Assembly (NCBI GenBank): GCA_947595925.1
Contig: CANQEV010000006.1
Span: 12,220-76,219 of the forward strand
Length of the DNA stretch: 64,000 bases
Direction of reading: 5' to 3'
DNA from: an uncultured Acetatifactor sp.
GTDB lineage: Bacteria; Bacillota; Clostridia; Lachnospirales; Lachnospiraceae
Shown here: in pieces, positions 9,837 through 19,752 of the stretch
Numbering within the stretch: the first letter of the stretch is position 1
How the letters are laid out: every line of letters starts with the position of its first letter
Position numbers and translations under genes: made by a program
Notes under the pieces: generated by a model
The model's input: the letters and a program-made list of their open reading frames with translations, nothing else
The model's database searches: none
Told to the model about the DNA's origin: nothing

Positions 9837-11060
9837 ATGATGGATAAAATTATTAAAAATGGGAAATATATTTTTCCGGTGATTGTCCTTGTTGCGGTTG
9901 CCTTTACCGTTGTAATTGCCCTGAAGGCCGGCGAAGTGCACAGGGATGAACTGGATCAGATCGGCGAGTCGATCAGTGAAAGCACTCAGGAATCAGAATC
10001 TTCCTCCAGCATGATGATGGAGAGTTCCGAGACGGGAATCCCCCTGGAGGCGAATGAAGACGCGGACATTCATGATCTGGTGGAAAGATATTATAACGCT
10101 GTGGCAGAGGGCGACGAAGATATTCTGAACAGTGTATGCGATAAAGTGGAAGAAAAAGATATGCTGCGGTATTTAGAAACGGCGAAGTACATTGACCACT
10201 ATTCGGCGCTGGATATCTATACAAAACCCGGATACGAAGAGGGGGACGTCGTCACATACATTTATTTCAAGGTGGTTTTTACCGGTCAGGAGGCGGAATA
10301 CCCCGGCTATCAGATGCTGTATCTCTGCGCGTCCGAAGATGGGTCTAAATACATCAAGAGGACCAGCAAGCCGACGGAGATGAATGAGTATGTAGAACAG
10401 ATCAGCACGGAAGCGGACGTGGTGGAACTGATTAACCGGGTGAAGGTAGAGTATGACAACCTGATGGCAGAACAGCCGGAACTGCTCACTTATCTGAAGG
10501 AACTGGATGAAGAAGTGAACCGTGTGGTTGGTGTTGAACTTGCAAAGCATGAAGCGGAGGGGAATCCTTCCCAGGAGAACCCGGAGACGCCCTCCGAGGG
10601 TGTGCCGGAAGATGGCGGCGCGGGGGAGGGCGAAGACCCGGCGGCGCAGGAACCTGTCTATGCAGTCGCTTCCACCACTGTAAACGTCAGGGCTTCGGAC
10701 AGTGAAAAGGCGGAAAAATTGGGAAGGCTGGCGCTGGGAGAAAAGATCCAGGTCCTGGAGCAGCTGGTGAACGGATGGTCACGGGTGCTGTACGAAGGCA
10801 AGGATGCATATATCATGAGCCAGTATCTGGACGTTCAGGAGAGCGCCGGACAGTACGGCAGCATGGGAACGGTCAAAGCGCTGGAAACGATCAATATCCG
10901 GGCAAAGGCAAGCGTGGACTCTTCTAAGCTTGGGACTTTGGCCATGGGGGAAACAGCGGATCTGATCGCAGATGAAGGCGAGTGGTGCAAGATTAACTTT
11001 AACGGCCAGGTTGCCTATGTAAAATCGGAATATGTGGAGAAAAGTATTTCTGGACAATAA
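9837..11060 (+). CDS. Membrane-anchored protein with two C-terminal SH3b-like domains
   Basis: N-terminal TM segment (IFPVIVLVAVAFTVVIAL) and an acidic low-complexity linker. Two SH3b-like repeats follow (VNVRASDS...WSRVLYEGKDAYIMSQYL and INIRAKAS...WCKINFNGQVAYVKSEYV). The start is ambiguous among 9816, 9837 and 9840. Confidence 0.72.
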   Translation: MMDKIIKNGKYIFPVIVLVAVAFTVVIALKAGEVHRDELDQIGESISESTQESESSSSMMMESSETGIPLEANEDADIHDLVERYYNAVAEGDEDILNSVCDKVEEKDMLRYLETAKYIDHYSALDIYTKPGYEEGDVVTYIYFKVVFTGQEAEYPGYQMLYLCASEDGSKYIKRTSKPTEMNEYVEQISTEADVVELINRVKVEYDNLMAEQPELLTYLKELDEEVNRVVGVELAKHEAEGNPSQENPETPSEGVPEDGGAGEGEDPAAQEPVYAVASTTVNVRASDSEKAEKLGRLALGEKIQVLEQLVNGWSRVLYEGKDAYIMSQYLDVQESAGQYGSMGTVKALETINIRAKASVDSSKLGTLAMGETADLIADEGEWCKINFNGQVAYVKSEYVEKSISGQ

Positions 11061-11137
11061 ATTTGGCAGATGTTTCATTTTTGGATTCCTATGATAAAAC
11101 AGCCTGGGACTGCATATACTGTCGTGGTAAAAAGACG

Positions 11138-11168
11138 AGCGCTTTCTAAAAGGAAAGCGCTTTTTCTT
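11138..11168 (+). terminator. Intrinsic terminator
   Basis: AGCGCTTTC (11138-11146), loop TAAAAG, GAAAGCGCT, then TTTTTCTTTC. Confidence 0.8.
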
Positions 11169-11185
11169 TCAAAAAAGGAGGAAGA

Positions 11186-11620
11186 ATGATGCAGCCACAG
11201 GAAGCAGCCGTTTACAGGGACATTCAAAAAAATGCGGACCGCATGATGAAGACGCTGGATACACTGTCGGACAAAGTGTATGACAATGATCTGGCAGTCC
11301 AGATCTCTCGCCAGTCCTTAAAATTTTCCCAGATCCACAACGAGGCCACGCAGAAGCTTGTGGATTCGAGATCGGAAAACTATAGGAGCACGTATTTGGA
11401 AGATTTTGTGCAGAAGGGAAATCTTCAATATAACACCCTGTTAAACACCAGTACGGGACATATTGCGGAACTTCTGATCGAAAATACGACAAAGGGGATC
11501 GTGGAAATGGAAAAGACGTTGCGCCATCATCCGGAAGTGATGGGCGCTCCGGCGGATCTCGCAAAGAAAATGCTCTCGCTGGAGGAGAGCAATGTTTCCG
11601 CCTGGAAGGAATTTTTATGA
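11186..11620 (+). CDS. Hypothetical protein, predicted helical, 144 aa
   Basis: Strong RBS AGGAGG at 11176-11181. No motif recognised. Confidence 0.6.
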   Translation: MMQPQEAAVYRDIQKNADRMMKTLDTLSDKVYDNDLAVQISRQSLKFSQIHNEATQKLVDSRSENYRSTYLEDFVQKGNLQYNTLLNTSTGHIAELLIENTTKGIVEMEKTLRHHPEVMGAPADLAKKMLSLEESNVSAWKEFL

Positions 11621-11710
11621 AAGGAATTTTTAAGACGGCACACGGTCCGTTTTGTGCATAATCCACAAAAAAAGTCTGGAAAATTTTACACATTACTTTG
11701 ATAAAGTGTA

Positions 11711-11739
11711 TTGTGAATTTGGGAGAATGAGATTATAAT
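11711..11739 (+). promoter_or_regulatory. SigA-type promoter upstream of gdhA
   Basis: TTGTGA (11711-11716), 17-nt spacer, TATAAT (11734-11739). Confidence 0.55.
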
Positions 11740-11772
11740 TAGCGTCAGTGGGACAAAGGCGTTCTGGGTTAG

Positions 11773-13227
<1,455 letters not shown>

Positions 13228-13272
13228 ACAAACGAGTGAAATGCGCAGGCGCAGACGGGCGCCTGGCGAGTG

Positions 13273-13302
13273 GTCCGGGGGCAGAGCGCTCCCGGACTTT
13301 TT
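13273..13302 (+). terminator. Intrinsic terminator after gdhA
   Basis: GTCCGGG (13273-13279) pairs with CCCGGAC (13291-13297), followed by TTTTT. Confidence 0.8.
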
Positions 13303-13540
13303 ATGTTGCGGTATGTCTCGGGTGCGGTATTCTGGATACGGCATCTGTCGCGTTTGTCTTTGGGGATCTTGTTGTGCAGGAAAGCATGCTCTCGGACTGC
13401 ACAGAAATTTTTTGGAGTTTTAGGGAGTGCGAAAAAACTGTTCGGGCAGTGATCTTTTTGGAAAACGGGCGTCCGATGTACAAGATGTAAAATTGCATAA
13501 TAAAAGTAAAAAATCGGCGGAAATTTTCAAAAATTAAATA

Positions 13541-13568
13541 TTGAATTTGGGAAGAATTGATTTATAAT
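13541..13568 (+). promoter_or_regulatory. SigA-type promoter upstream of the mrp-like cluster
   Basis: TTGAAT (13541-13546), 16-nt spacer, TATAAT (13563-13568). Confidence 0.5.
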
Positions 13569-13598
13569 AAATTGGTTAAAAGATGGAGTGTGGCGGTT

Positions 13599-14231
13599 AT
13601 GTTTCTGGTATATTTTATTCTTTGGATCATATTCAACGCGAATTTTACTCTGGAGATCGCTCTGTTCGGGATCGTTTTTGCAGCGCTCCTTCTGCTTTTT
13701 ATGTGCAGATTCTGCGATTACAGCCTGGAAAAGGAAAAGTGGGTGTACCGGAACGCTTTCCGCTTTCTGAAATATGTCGTGCTGCTGATACTGGAGGTGG
13801 TGAAGTCCAACATGGCGGTCATGCATCTGATCATCACCCAGAAGGAGGAGCCGGAGCCTCTTCTGGTCAGTTTTCAGACAGACCTGAAAAAACCGGCGGG
13901 CCAGGCCCTCCTTGCGAACACGATCACCGTCACTCCCGGCACGATCACCGTTTTGTTGGAGGACGGAAAGTACACCGTCCACTGCCTGGACGAGGAGTTT
14001 GCGGATGGCATCGAGGACTCGGAGTTTGCGAGACTGCTGAAGCAGATTGAGAACAGTGAAAAAGCAGAAAACCATAAGGAGACGGAAATCAGAGAAAACA
14101 GTAAGAAACAGAAGAAAGCACAGAAGAAAGGCAGTACTGAACAGAAGGCAGTGCAGAATAGAAGGAAGCACAGAACAGCAAACAATCAAGATCGTGATGA
14201 AGAAAAAAATAGAAATAGGAAACATCAATAG
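13599..14231 (+). CDS. mrpE: Na+/H+ antiporter subunit E-like (MnhE/MrpE/MbhA-like) with a charged C-terminal tail
   Basis: Two N-terminal TM segments, then ANTITVTPGTITV, which is typical of MnhE. ATG at 13599 lies downstream of the predicted -10, with GGAG 10 nt upstream. The last ~70 aa are K/E/Q/N-rich. Confidence 0.8.
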   Translation: MFLVYFILWIIFNANFTLEIALFGIVFAALLLLFMCRFCDYSLEKEKWVYRNAFRFLKYVVLLILEVVKSNMAVMHLIITQKEEPEPLLVSFQTDLKKPAGQALLANTITVTPGTITVLLEDGKYTVHCLDEEFADGIEDSEFARLLKQIENSEKAENHKETEIRENSKKQKKAQKKGSTEQKAVQNRRKHRTANNQDRDEEKNRNRKHQ

Positions 14232-14273
14232 TCAGTGAAGAAAGCATTTGGCGAAGGAGCGGAAAGGAGAGAG

Positions 14274-14621
14274 ATGGGAAAAGGAATTGAGGCGCTGGAC
14301 GGCGCGTATCACATTCTGTTTATCGCGGCCCTGACGGTTCTGGCGTGCATGGTCATTCTGTGCCTGATCCGGGCCATCATAGGCCCCAGGGTTGCCGACC
14401 GGATCGTTGCCACGAACATGATGGGGACCATCGTCATGGTCATTATCGCGATCCTTGCGGTCATGCTGGGGGAGGGGTATCTCATGGATATCTGCCTGAT
14501 CTACGCCATGATCAGCTTTCTCGCCGTGATCGTGCTGACAAAGGTGTATATGGGCGTGTACCGAAAGAAAAAGATGGAAGAGGAGAGAGGTGAAAAGGAT
14601 GGCGGCGCTGGAGTGGATTAG
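14274..14621 (+). CDS. mrpF: Monovalent cation/H+ antiporter subunit F-like
   Basis: LIRAIIGPRVADRIVA and three TM segments are characteristic of MrpF/PhaF. The start could instead be GTG at 14235. Confidence 0.8.
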   Translation: MGKGIEALDGAYHILFIAALTVLACMVILCLIRAIIGPRVADRIVATNMMGTIVMVIIAILAVMLGEGYLMDICLIYAMISFLAVIVLTKVYMGVYRKKKMEEERGEKDGGAGVD

Positions 14622-14958
14622 ATTTTGCGCGGGCGGTCTGTTTTTGCTCTGCGGCATTGTTTTCTTTGTCTTTGAAATGATCGGAGTGTTCCGGTTCCGT
14701 TATGTTATGAACCGGATGCATGCAGCGGCCATGGGGGATACCCTGGGGATCGGATTTTCCATGCTGGGACTGATGATCCTCTGCGGTTTTAATTTTACTT
14801 CCCTGAAGATGCTCTGCGTGGTGATCTTTCTGTGGTTTTCTTCGCCGGCATCCTCCCATCTGATCGCCAGACTTGAGGTGACTACGGATGAAGAGCCGGA
14901 AAAGCATTACAAAAAGAAGAACATAGAGCCCGGGGAGAAAGAAAAGGAGGCGGTCTGA
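14599..14958 (+). CDS. mrpG: Monovalent cation/H+ antiporter subunit G-like
   Basis: The MnhG-type pattern RFRYVMNRMHAAAMGDTLG ... SSPASSHLIAR. It overlaps the mrpF 3' end. Confidence 0.8.
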   Translation: MAALEWIRFCAGGLFLLCGIVFFVFEMIGVFRFRYVMNRMHAAAMGDTLGIGFSMLGLMILCGFNFTSLKMLCVVIFLWFSSPASSHLIARLEVTTDEEPEKHYKKKNIEPGEKEKEAV

Positions 14959-14959
14959 G

Positions 14960-15226
14960 ATGTCGGTCTTTACGGATATCCTGTTGTTGTTCCTGGTGGT
15001 CTGCGCAGTGGCGGCGTCCCTGTCAAAAAATTTATTGAATTCCATCCTGATCTTTATGTCGTACAGTCTTGTCATGTCCATCATCTGGATTCTTCTGGAG
15101 TCCCCGGATCTGGCGATCACGGAGGCGGCTGTGGGAGCGGGTATCACGAGCCTTCTGTTCTTTGTGACGCTGAAGAAGATCCATGCCATCGTCGAATCCG
15201 ACAGGAAGGAGAAGAAGGATGAGTAG
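14960..15226 (+). CDS. Small membrane subunit, DUF4040/MbhD-like (MnhB-related)
   Basis: 88 aa with three TM segments and SPDLAITEAAVGAGIT. RBS AAGGAGG is 9 nt upstream. Confidence 0.7.
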   Translation: MSVFTDILLLFLVVCAVAASLSKNLLNSILIFMSYSLVMSIIWILLESPDLAITEAAVGAGITSLLFFVTLKKIHAIVESDRKEKKDE

Positions 15227-16184
15227 AAAGCTTTCGGAGGAAGAATACAAAAAAACGCTTTCCTACCGGGTGGAGCAGTGGTTTGCAGGGCAGAGGGATC
15301 CCTATCTGGAGCATCTGCGGATGAAACCCCAGGCCGAAAGGACTCCGGAACCGGAAAGGGAAGAAGCTCTCCGGGAAGAAAAAAAGGAGAGGCTGGATAA
15401 GGTCTACCGGATCTCCGATAACAGGCCGGTGAAACTCTTTGAGAAATTGTACCGGATCTTCTGCATCGCGTTCTGCTTTTTTCTCGTGGCCATGCTCCTG
15501 ATCGCCGTCAGCTTCCTGCCGAGCTACGGAGAGGATGAGAAGCCCGTGAACAACGAGGTCTCCCGGCGCTATATTGAAAAGGGACTGCAGGAGACCGGGG
15601 CGGTGAACATCGTGACCGGCATGATCCTGGATTACAGGGCTTTCGACACCCTTGGGGAATCCCATGTGCTGTTCGCCGCCACCTGCACCGTGCTGATCCT
15701 GCTGCGGCATGACAAAAAGAAGGGAGAGAGGGATACGGAGGAGGAGTCGGACCGCGTCTATGAGCCGAAAAATGATGTCATTCTGCAGATGGTCACTAAA
15801 GTTTTGGTGCCGCCCATCATCCTCTTTGGGATTTATGTCATCCTGTGCGGACACCTGGGGCCCGGCGGCGGGTTTTCCGGAGGGGCTGTGATCGGCGCGG
15901 GGCTGATCCTGTATCTCAACGCTTTCGGCTTTGCAAAGACGGAGAAATTTTTCTCGGAAAAGACCTATAAGGTTCTGAGCGTCAGCGCCCTGGGCTGTTA
16001 CTGCCTGGCGAAGAGTTATTCCTTCTATACCGGGGCGAACCACATAGAGAGCGTGATTCCCCTGGGAACGCCGGGGGCGATCCTGAGCAGCGGGCTGATC
16101 CTGGTGCTGAATATCTGCGTCGGTATCGTGGTGGCGGGAACCATGTACACCTTTTATGTGATGTTTCGTAAGGGCGGATATTGA
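15219..16184 (+). CDS. mrpB: MnhB/MrpB-like subunit with a ~80-aa charged N-terminal extension
   Basis: MnhB-domain pattern GAVNIVTGMILDYRAFDTLGE, then GGFSGGAV. The ATG overlaps the preceding stop by 8 nt. Confidence 0.8.
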   Translation: MSRKLSEEEYKKTLSYRVEQWFAGQRDPYLEHLRMKPQAERTPEPEREEALREEKKERLDKVYRISDNRPVKLFEKLYRIFCIAFCFFLVAMLLIAVSFLPSYGEDEKPVNNEVSRRYIEKGLQETGAVNIVTGMILDYRAFDTLGESHVLFAATCTVLILLRHDKKKGERDTEEESDRVYEPKNDVILQMVTKVLVPPIILFGIYVILCGHLGPGGGFSGGAVIGAGLILYLNAFGFAKTEKFFSEKTYKVLSVSALGCYCLAKSYSFYTGANHIESVIPLGTPGAILSSGLILVLNICVGIVVAGTMYTFYVMFRKGGY

Positions 16185-16220
16185 TGTGAGAGGGCGGAAT
16201 GTTTTTTATATGCGAGTGAT

Positions 16221-16289
16221 GTCAGCCATAGACGGGGCGTGACAGAGACAGGTGCAGTCAGCCATAGGCAAGTGTGAAGTTAGCCATAG
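16221..16289 (+). repeat. Three direct copies of GT(C/T)AGCCATAG
   Basis: GTCAGCCATAG at 16221-16231 and 16257-16267, and GTTAGCCATAG at 16279-16289. They lie in the 122-nt gap between mrpB and mrpC. Confidence 0.7.
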
Positions 16290-16306
16290 GCGGAATGGAG
16301 ATTAAA

Positions 16307-16687
16307 ATGGATGTTATGAATCTCTTTCGGAATTATGAGGAGGCGGTGGCCATGATCCTCTTCGGCATCGGCTTTTCCAATCTGCTGATGCAGAAGAACC
16401 TGATCAAAAAGATCATCGGCATGAATATCATGGACACCTCCGTATATCTTTTTCTTGCGGTGAAGGGCTATATTGAGGGACATAAGGCGCCCATCGTGGT
16501 GGACGGGGTGCAGAGCGTGGAAGCCTATATCAATCCGATCCCCAGCGGTCTGGTCCTCACCGGCATCGTGGTGTCCGTCTCCGTCAGCGCCCTGATGCTG
16601 GCGCTTACCATACGCCTGTATCGGCGGTACCACACGCTGAATCTGGACGAAATCTCCACCCTGCTGAAGAAGGAGGAAAAATCATGA
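16307..16687 (+). CDS. mrpC: Antiporter subunit C-like (NuoK/MbhG-like)
   Basis: About 126 aa with three TM segments; GMNIMDTSVYLF and LTGIVVSVSVSALMLAL match the NuoK/MnhC family. GGAG lies 6 nt upstream of the ATG at 16307. Confidence 0.85.
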   Translation: MDVMNLFRNYEEAVAMILFGIGFSNLLMQKNLIKKIIGMNIMDTSVYLFLAVKGYIEGHKAPIVVDGVQSVEAYINPIPSGLVLTGIVVSVSVSALMLALTIRLYRRYHTLNLDEISTLLKKEEKS

Positions 16688-18198
16688 GCTTCGTGCAGAA
16701 CTTTCCCTTTTTCAGCATCCTGCTGTCGCTGTTTGCGGGGCCCTTGTCCTCCGTTTTGAGCGGGAAGGCGGCGAAAGCGCTGAACGCGGCGGTGATCACG
16801 ATCGCAGGCATCCTCTCCGCCGCCACGCTGGTCTTCGTGCTGGGGACCGGGGAGAGCTATGTCTACACCATGGGGCATTTCCCCGCGCCCTGGGGGAACG
16901 AGATCCGGGTGGGCGTCCTGGAGGCGGGCATGGCGGTGTTTTTCTGCATCGTCATGCTGCTCTGCATGATGGGCGGCGCGGCGGAGCGTCTTCTGGAGAT
17001 CGAAGAGGGGAAACAGAATCTTTATTATGTGATGGTGAACCTGCTTCTCTGCTCCCTGCTGGCGCTGATCTATACGAAGGACCTGTTTACGGCATATGTT
17101 TTCGTAGAGATCAATACCATTTCCGCCTGTGGTCTGATCATGATCCGGCAGACGGGCAGGACCATTGAGGCGGCGGTGAGATATATGATCATGAGCCTTC
17201 TGGGATCCGGCCTTCTGCTCCTGGGGATCGTCTTTCTCTATGACCTCACGGGGCAGCTCCTCATGGACCACATTAAGATCCAGGTGCAGCTGCTTTCCGT
17301 GACGGGGGAGTATCACATCCCCCTGCTGATCGCCATCAGCTTTATGGCAGTGGGACTGGCGATCAAGAGCGCGCTCTTTCCGTTCCACGCCTGGCTCCCG
17401 GACGCCTATGGCTATTCCACGCTGTCCTCGGCGGCGATTTTGTCCTCCCTGGTCTCCAAGGGGTATATCTTTCTGCTGATCAAGATCTTTTATCAGGTGA
17501 TCGGCTTTGACCTGATCGTCCGGAGCAAGGTTATAAATGTATTGTTTGTCTTCGGCGTGGCGGGGATGCTGTTCGGCTCCGTCAGCGCCATCCGGGAGAA
17601 GGATATCCGGAGGATGATCGCCTTTTCCTCCGTGGCGCAGATCGGTTATATCTACATGGGATTCGGCCTGGGGACCACCGCCGGCATGATCGCCAGCATC
17701 TTCCACATCCTCTCCCATGGGGCGACGAAATCCCTTCTGTTCGTCGCGGCGTCTGGACTGACCGATGTGTCGGACAAACGGAGAAGCATCCGGCGGCTGA
17801 CCGGAGCGGGATATCGGAACCGGCTGGCGGGGGTAACCTTTACCGTGGGTGCTCTCTCCATGGTGGGATTTCCCATGTTCTCCGGCTTTATCTCCAAGAT
17901 CCTGTTCGCCCAGGCCGCCATGGAAAACGACGGCAAGATGCTGGTGACCGTGGTGGCGCTGGCGGTGAGCACGATCCTGAACGCCATGTACTTCCTGAAG
18001 ACCGTGATACGGATCTATACGCCCCTGCCGGCGGACGGCGGGGAAGAAGAGGCGGAGGGCAATACGGTCCTGCGCATGCGGGACTGCCCGGCAAAGAGCC
18101 TTGCCATGATATGTTTTATCGCGCTGAACCTGTTCCTGGGGCTGTCCTCGGAACCCATTGTGGATCTGATCCGGAAGGGCCTTGACATGTTCGCGTAG
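16684..18198 (+). CDS. mrpD: Antiporter-like subunit (MrpD/NuoN/MbhH family), copy 1
   Basis: 504-aa polytopic protein with the proton-conducting membrane transporter pattern (PFHAWLPDAY, AFSSVAQIGY). ATGA overlap with mrpC. Confidence 0.9.
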   Translation: MSFVQNFPFFSILLSLFAGPLSSVLSGKAAKALNAAVITIAGILSAATLVFVLGTGESYVYTMGHFPAPWGNEIRVGVLEAGMAVFFCIVMLLCMMGGAAERLLEIEEGKQNLYYVMVNLLLCSLLALIYTKDLFTAYVFVEINTISACGLIMIRQTGRTIEAAVRYMIMSLLGSGLLLLGIVFLYDLTGQLLMDHIKIQVQLLSVTGEYHIPLLIAISFMAVGLAIKSALFPFHAWLPDAYGYSTLSSAAILSSLVSKGYIFLLIKIFYQVIGFDLIVRSKVINVLFVFGVAGMLFGSVSAIREKDIRRMIAFSSVAQIGYIYMGFGLGTTAGMIASIFHILSHGATKSLLFVAASGLTDVSDKRRSIRRLTGAGYRNRLAGVTFTVGALSMVGFPMFSGFISKILFAQAAMENDGKMLVTVVALAVSTILNAMYFLKTVIRIYTPLPADGGEEEAEGNTVLRMRDCPAKSLAMICFIALNLFLGLSSEPIVDLIRKGLDMFA

Positions 18199-18213
18199 AA
18201 AGAGGGATGACCT

Positions 18214-19740
18214 ATGCTGGTGTTATCGATGACTGTGGCCCTGCTGGCCGGAATCCTGCTTCTGACCGCTTCCTTTGCGGAGCACCTGGGCCAAGGAAAA
18301 CTGTCAGAAGCGGAAAAGCGTTCAGAAGCGGAAGCCCCGGACGGCAGAGACGGAAAACTGCATATTTTCGTGGGTGGCGTTATGCTCCTGGCCGCCGTCA
18401 CCGCCCTTGCGGCGGCGTTTGGGGAAGGGAGAGAAACGGTTCTGTTCTTCCTTATGGACAGGATACCGATTTCCTTCCGGCTGGACGATGTGGGCCGGAT
18501 CTTTCTGGTCCTGACCGTGGTGATCTGGACGGCAGTGTGCTTTTATTCGTTCAAATATATGCGGCATGAAGGGGAAGAAAAGCGCTTTTACGGGTTCTTT
18601 TTTCTTGCTTATGCGGCGCTGATCGCCCTGGACGGCGCGGCGAACCTGATCACTTTCTATTTCTTTTTTGAGTTTATGACGCTGTGTTCCATGCCTCTTG
18701 TGATCGGCAGGGGCGGGAGAGAGGCGGTCATGGCGGCGCTGAAATACCTGTTTTATTCCCTGGCGGGGGCGTATCTCGCCCTTTTCGGCATCTTTATCCT
18801 GTATCAGTCTTGCGACTCCGTGGCTTTCAGGGCCGGAGGCGTCCTGAACCAGGCGCTGGCGCAGCAAAACCAGGGGATCCTTCTGGTGGCCGTATTCGCC
18901 ATGCTGGTGGGCTTTGGGGCAAAGGCGGGGATGTTCCCGCTTCACGCCTGGCTCCCCACGGCGCACCCCATTGCGCCGGCCCCCGCTTCGGCGGCGCTCT
19001 CCGCCATCATCGTAAAGTGCGGCGTCCTGGCCGTGATCCGCACGGTCTATTTTATCGTCGGCCCTAATTTCCTGCGGGGAACCTGGGTGCAGAAGGTCTG
19101 GCTGATCCTGGCGCTGATCACGGTGTTTCTGGGTTCCATGCTGGCGTTTTTGGAAAAAGGGTTTAAGAAGAGGCTCGCCTATTCCACGGTCAGTCAGGTC
19201 TCGTATATTTTATTCGGCCTGGCGCTCTTTACGCCCCAGGCCTTTGCCGGGGCCATCCTGCAGCTTTTGGCGCACGCCCTGGTGAAGTGCGCCCTCTTTA
19301 TGACGGCGGGGATCTTTATTTTGAGGACGGGAAAGACCCAGGCGGAGGACTACATCGGGATCGGAAAGAAGATGGGGCTAACCCTCTGGGGCTACACCAT
19401 CGCCTCTCTGTCCCTGATCGGCATCCCGCCCACCGCCGGTTTTATCGGCAAGTGGTATCTCTGTCAGGGGGCCCTGGACGCGGGGCTGGGCGTCCTTTCC
19501 TATCTCGGTCCCGCGGTGCTGCTTGTCAGCGCGGTCCTCACGGCGGGGTATCTTCTCCCCGTTTCGATCCGGGGCTTTCTGCCAGGCAGGGAAGAAGGGG
19601 ACTGGGGGCCGAAAGAGCGGGAAAAGGCGGACCTGATGACGGTGACGCTGTGGTTTGTAACGATACTTTCGCTGCTGATCGGGCTGTTTCCCGGGCATAT
19701 CCTTGCCTTTGTAAACGGTATCTCCGACGCGATCCTGTAA
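18214..19740 (+). CDS. mrpD: Antiporter-like subunit (MrpD/NuoM family), copy 2
   Basis: 508 aa; PLHAWLPTAHPIAPAPASA and AYSTVSQVSY. Confidence 0.9.
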   Translation: MLVLSMTVALLAGILLLTASFAEHLGQGKLSEAEKRSEAEAPDGRDGKLHIFVGGVMLLAAVTALAAAFGEGRETVLFFLMDRIPISFRLDDVGRIFLVLTVVIWTAVCFYSFKYMRHEGEEKRFYGFFFLAYAALIALDGAANLITFYFFFEFMTLCSMPLVIGRGGREAVMAALKYLFYSLAGAYLALFGIFILYQSCDSVAFRAGGVLNQALAQQNQGILLVAVFAMLVGFGAKAGMFPLHAWLPTAHPIAPAPASAALSAIIVKCGVLAVIRTVYFIVGPNFLRGTWVQKVWLILALITVFLGSMLAFLEKGFKKRLAYSTVSQVSYILFGLALFTPQAFAGAILQLLAHALVKCALFMTAGIFILRTGKTQAEDYIGIGKKMGLTLWGYTIASLSLIGIPPTAGFIGKWYLCQGALDAGLGVLSYLGPAVLLVSAVLTAGYLLPVSIRGFLPGREEGDWGPKEREKADLMTVTLWFVTILSLLIGLFPGHILAFVNGISDAIL

Positions 19741-19752
19741 GGAGGATAAAAA

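Noticed and set aside
13236-13490. Three overlapping small + strand ORFs after gdhA
   Set aside because: They read through the strong gdhA terminator hairpin, lack an RBS, and occupy three different frames of the same DNA.
13522-13536. CodY-box-like AATTTTCAAAAATTA just upstream of the mrp-like promoter
   Set aside because: It has three mismatches to AATTTTCWGAAAATT in an AT-rich stretch, and such matches are common by chance.
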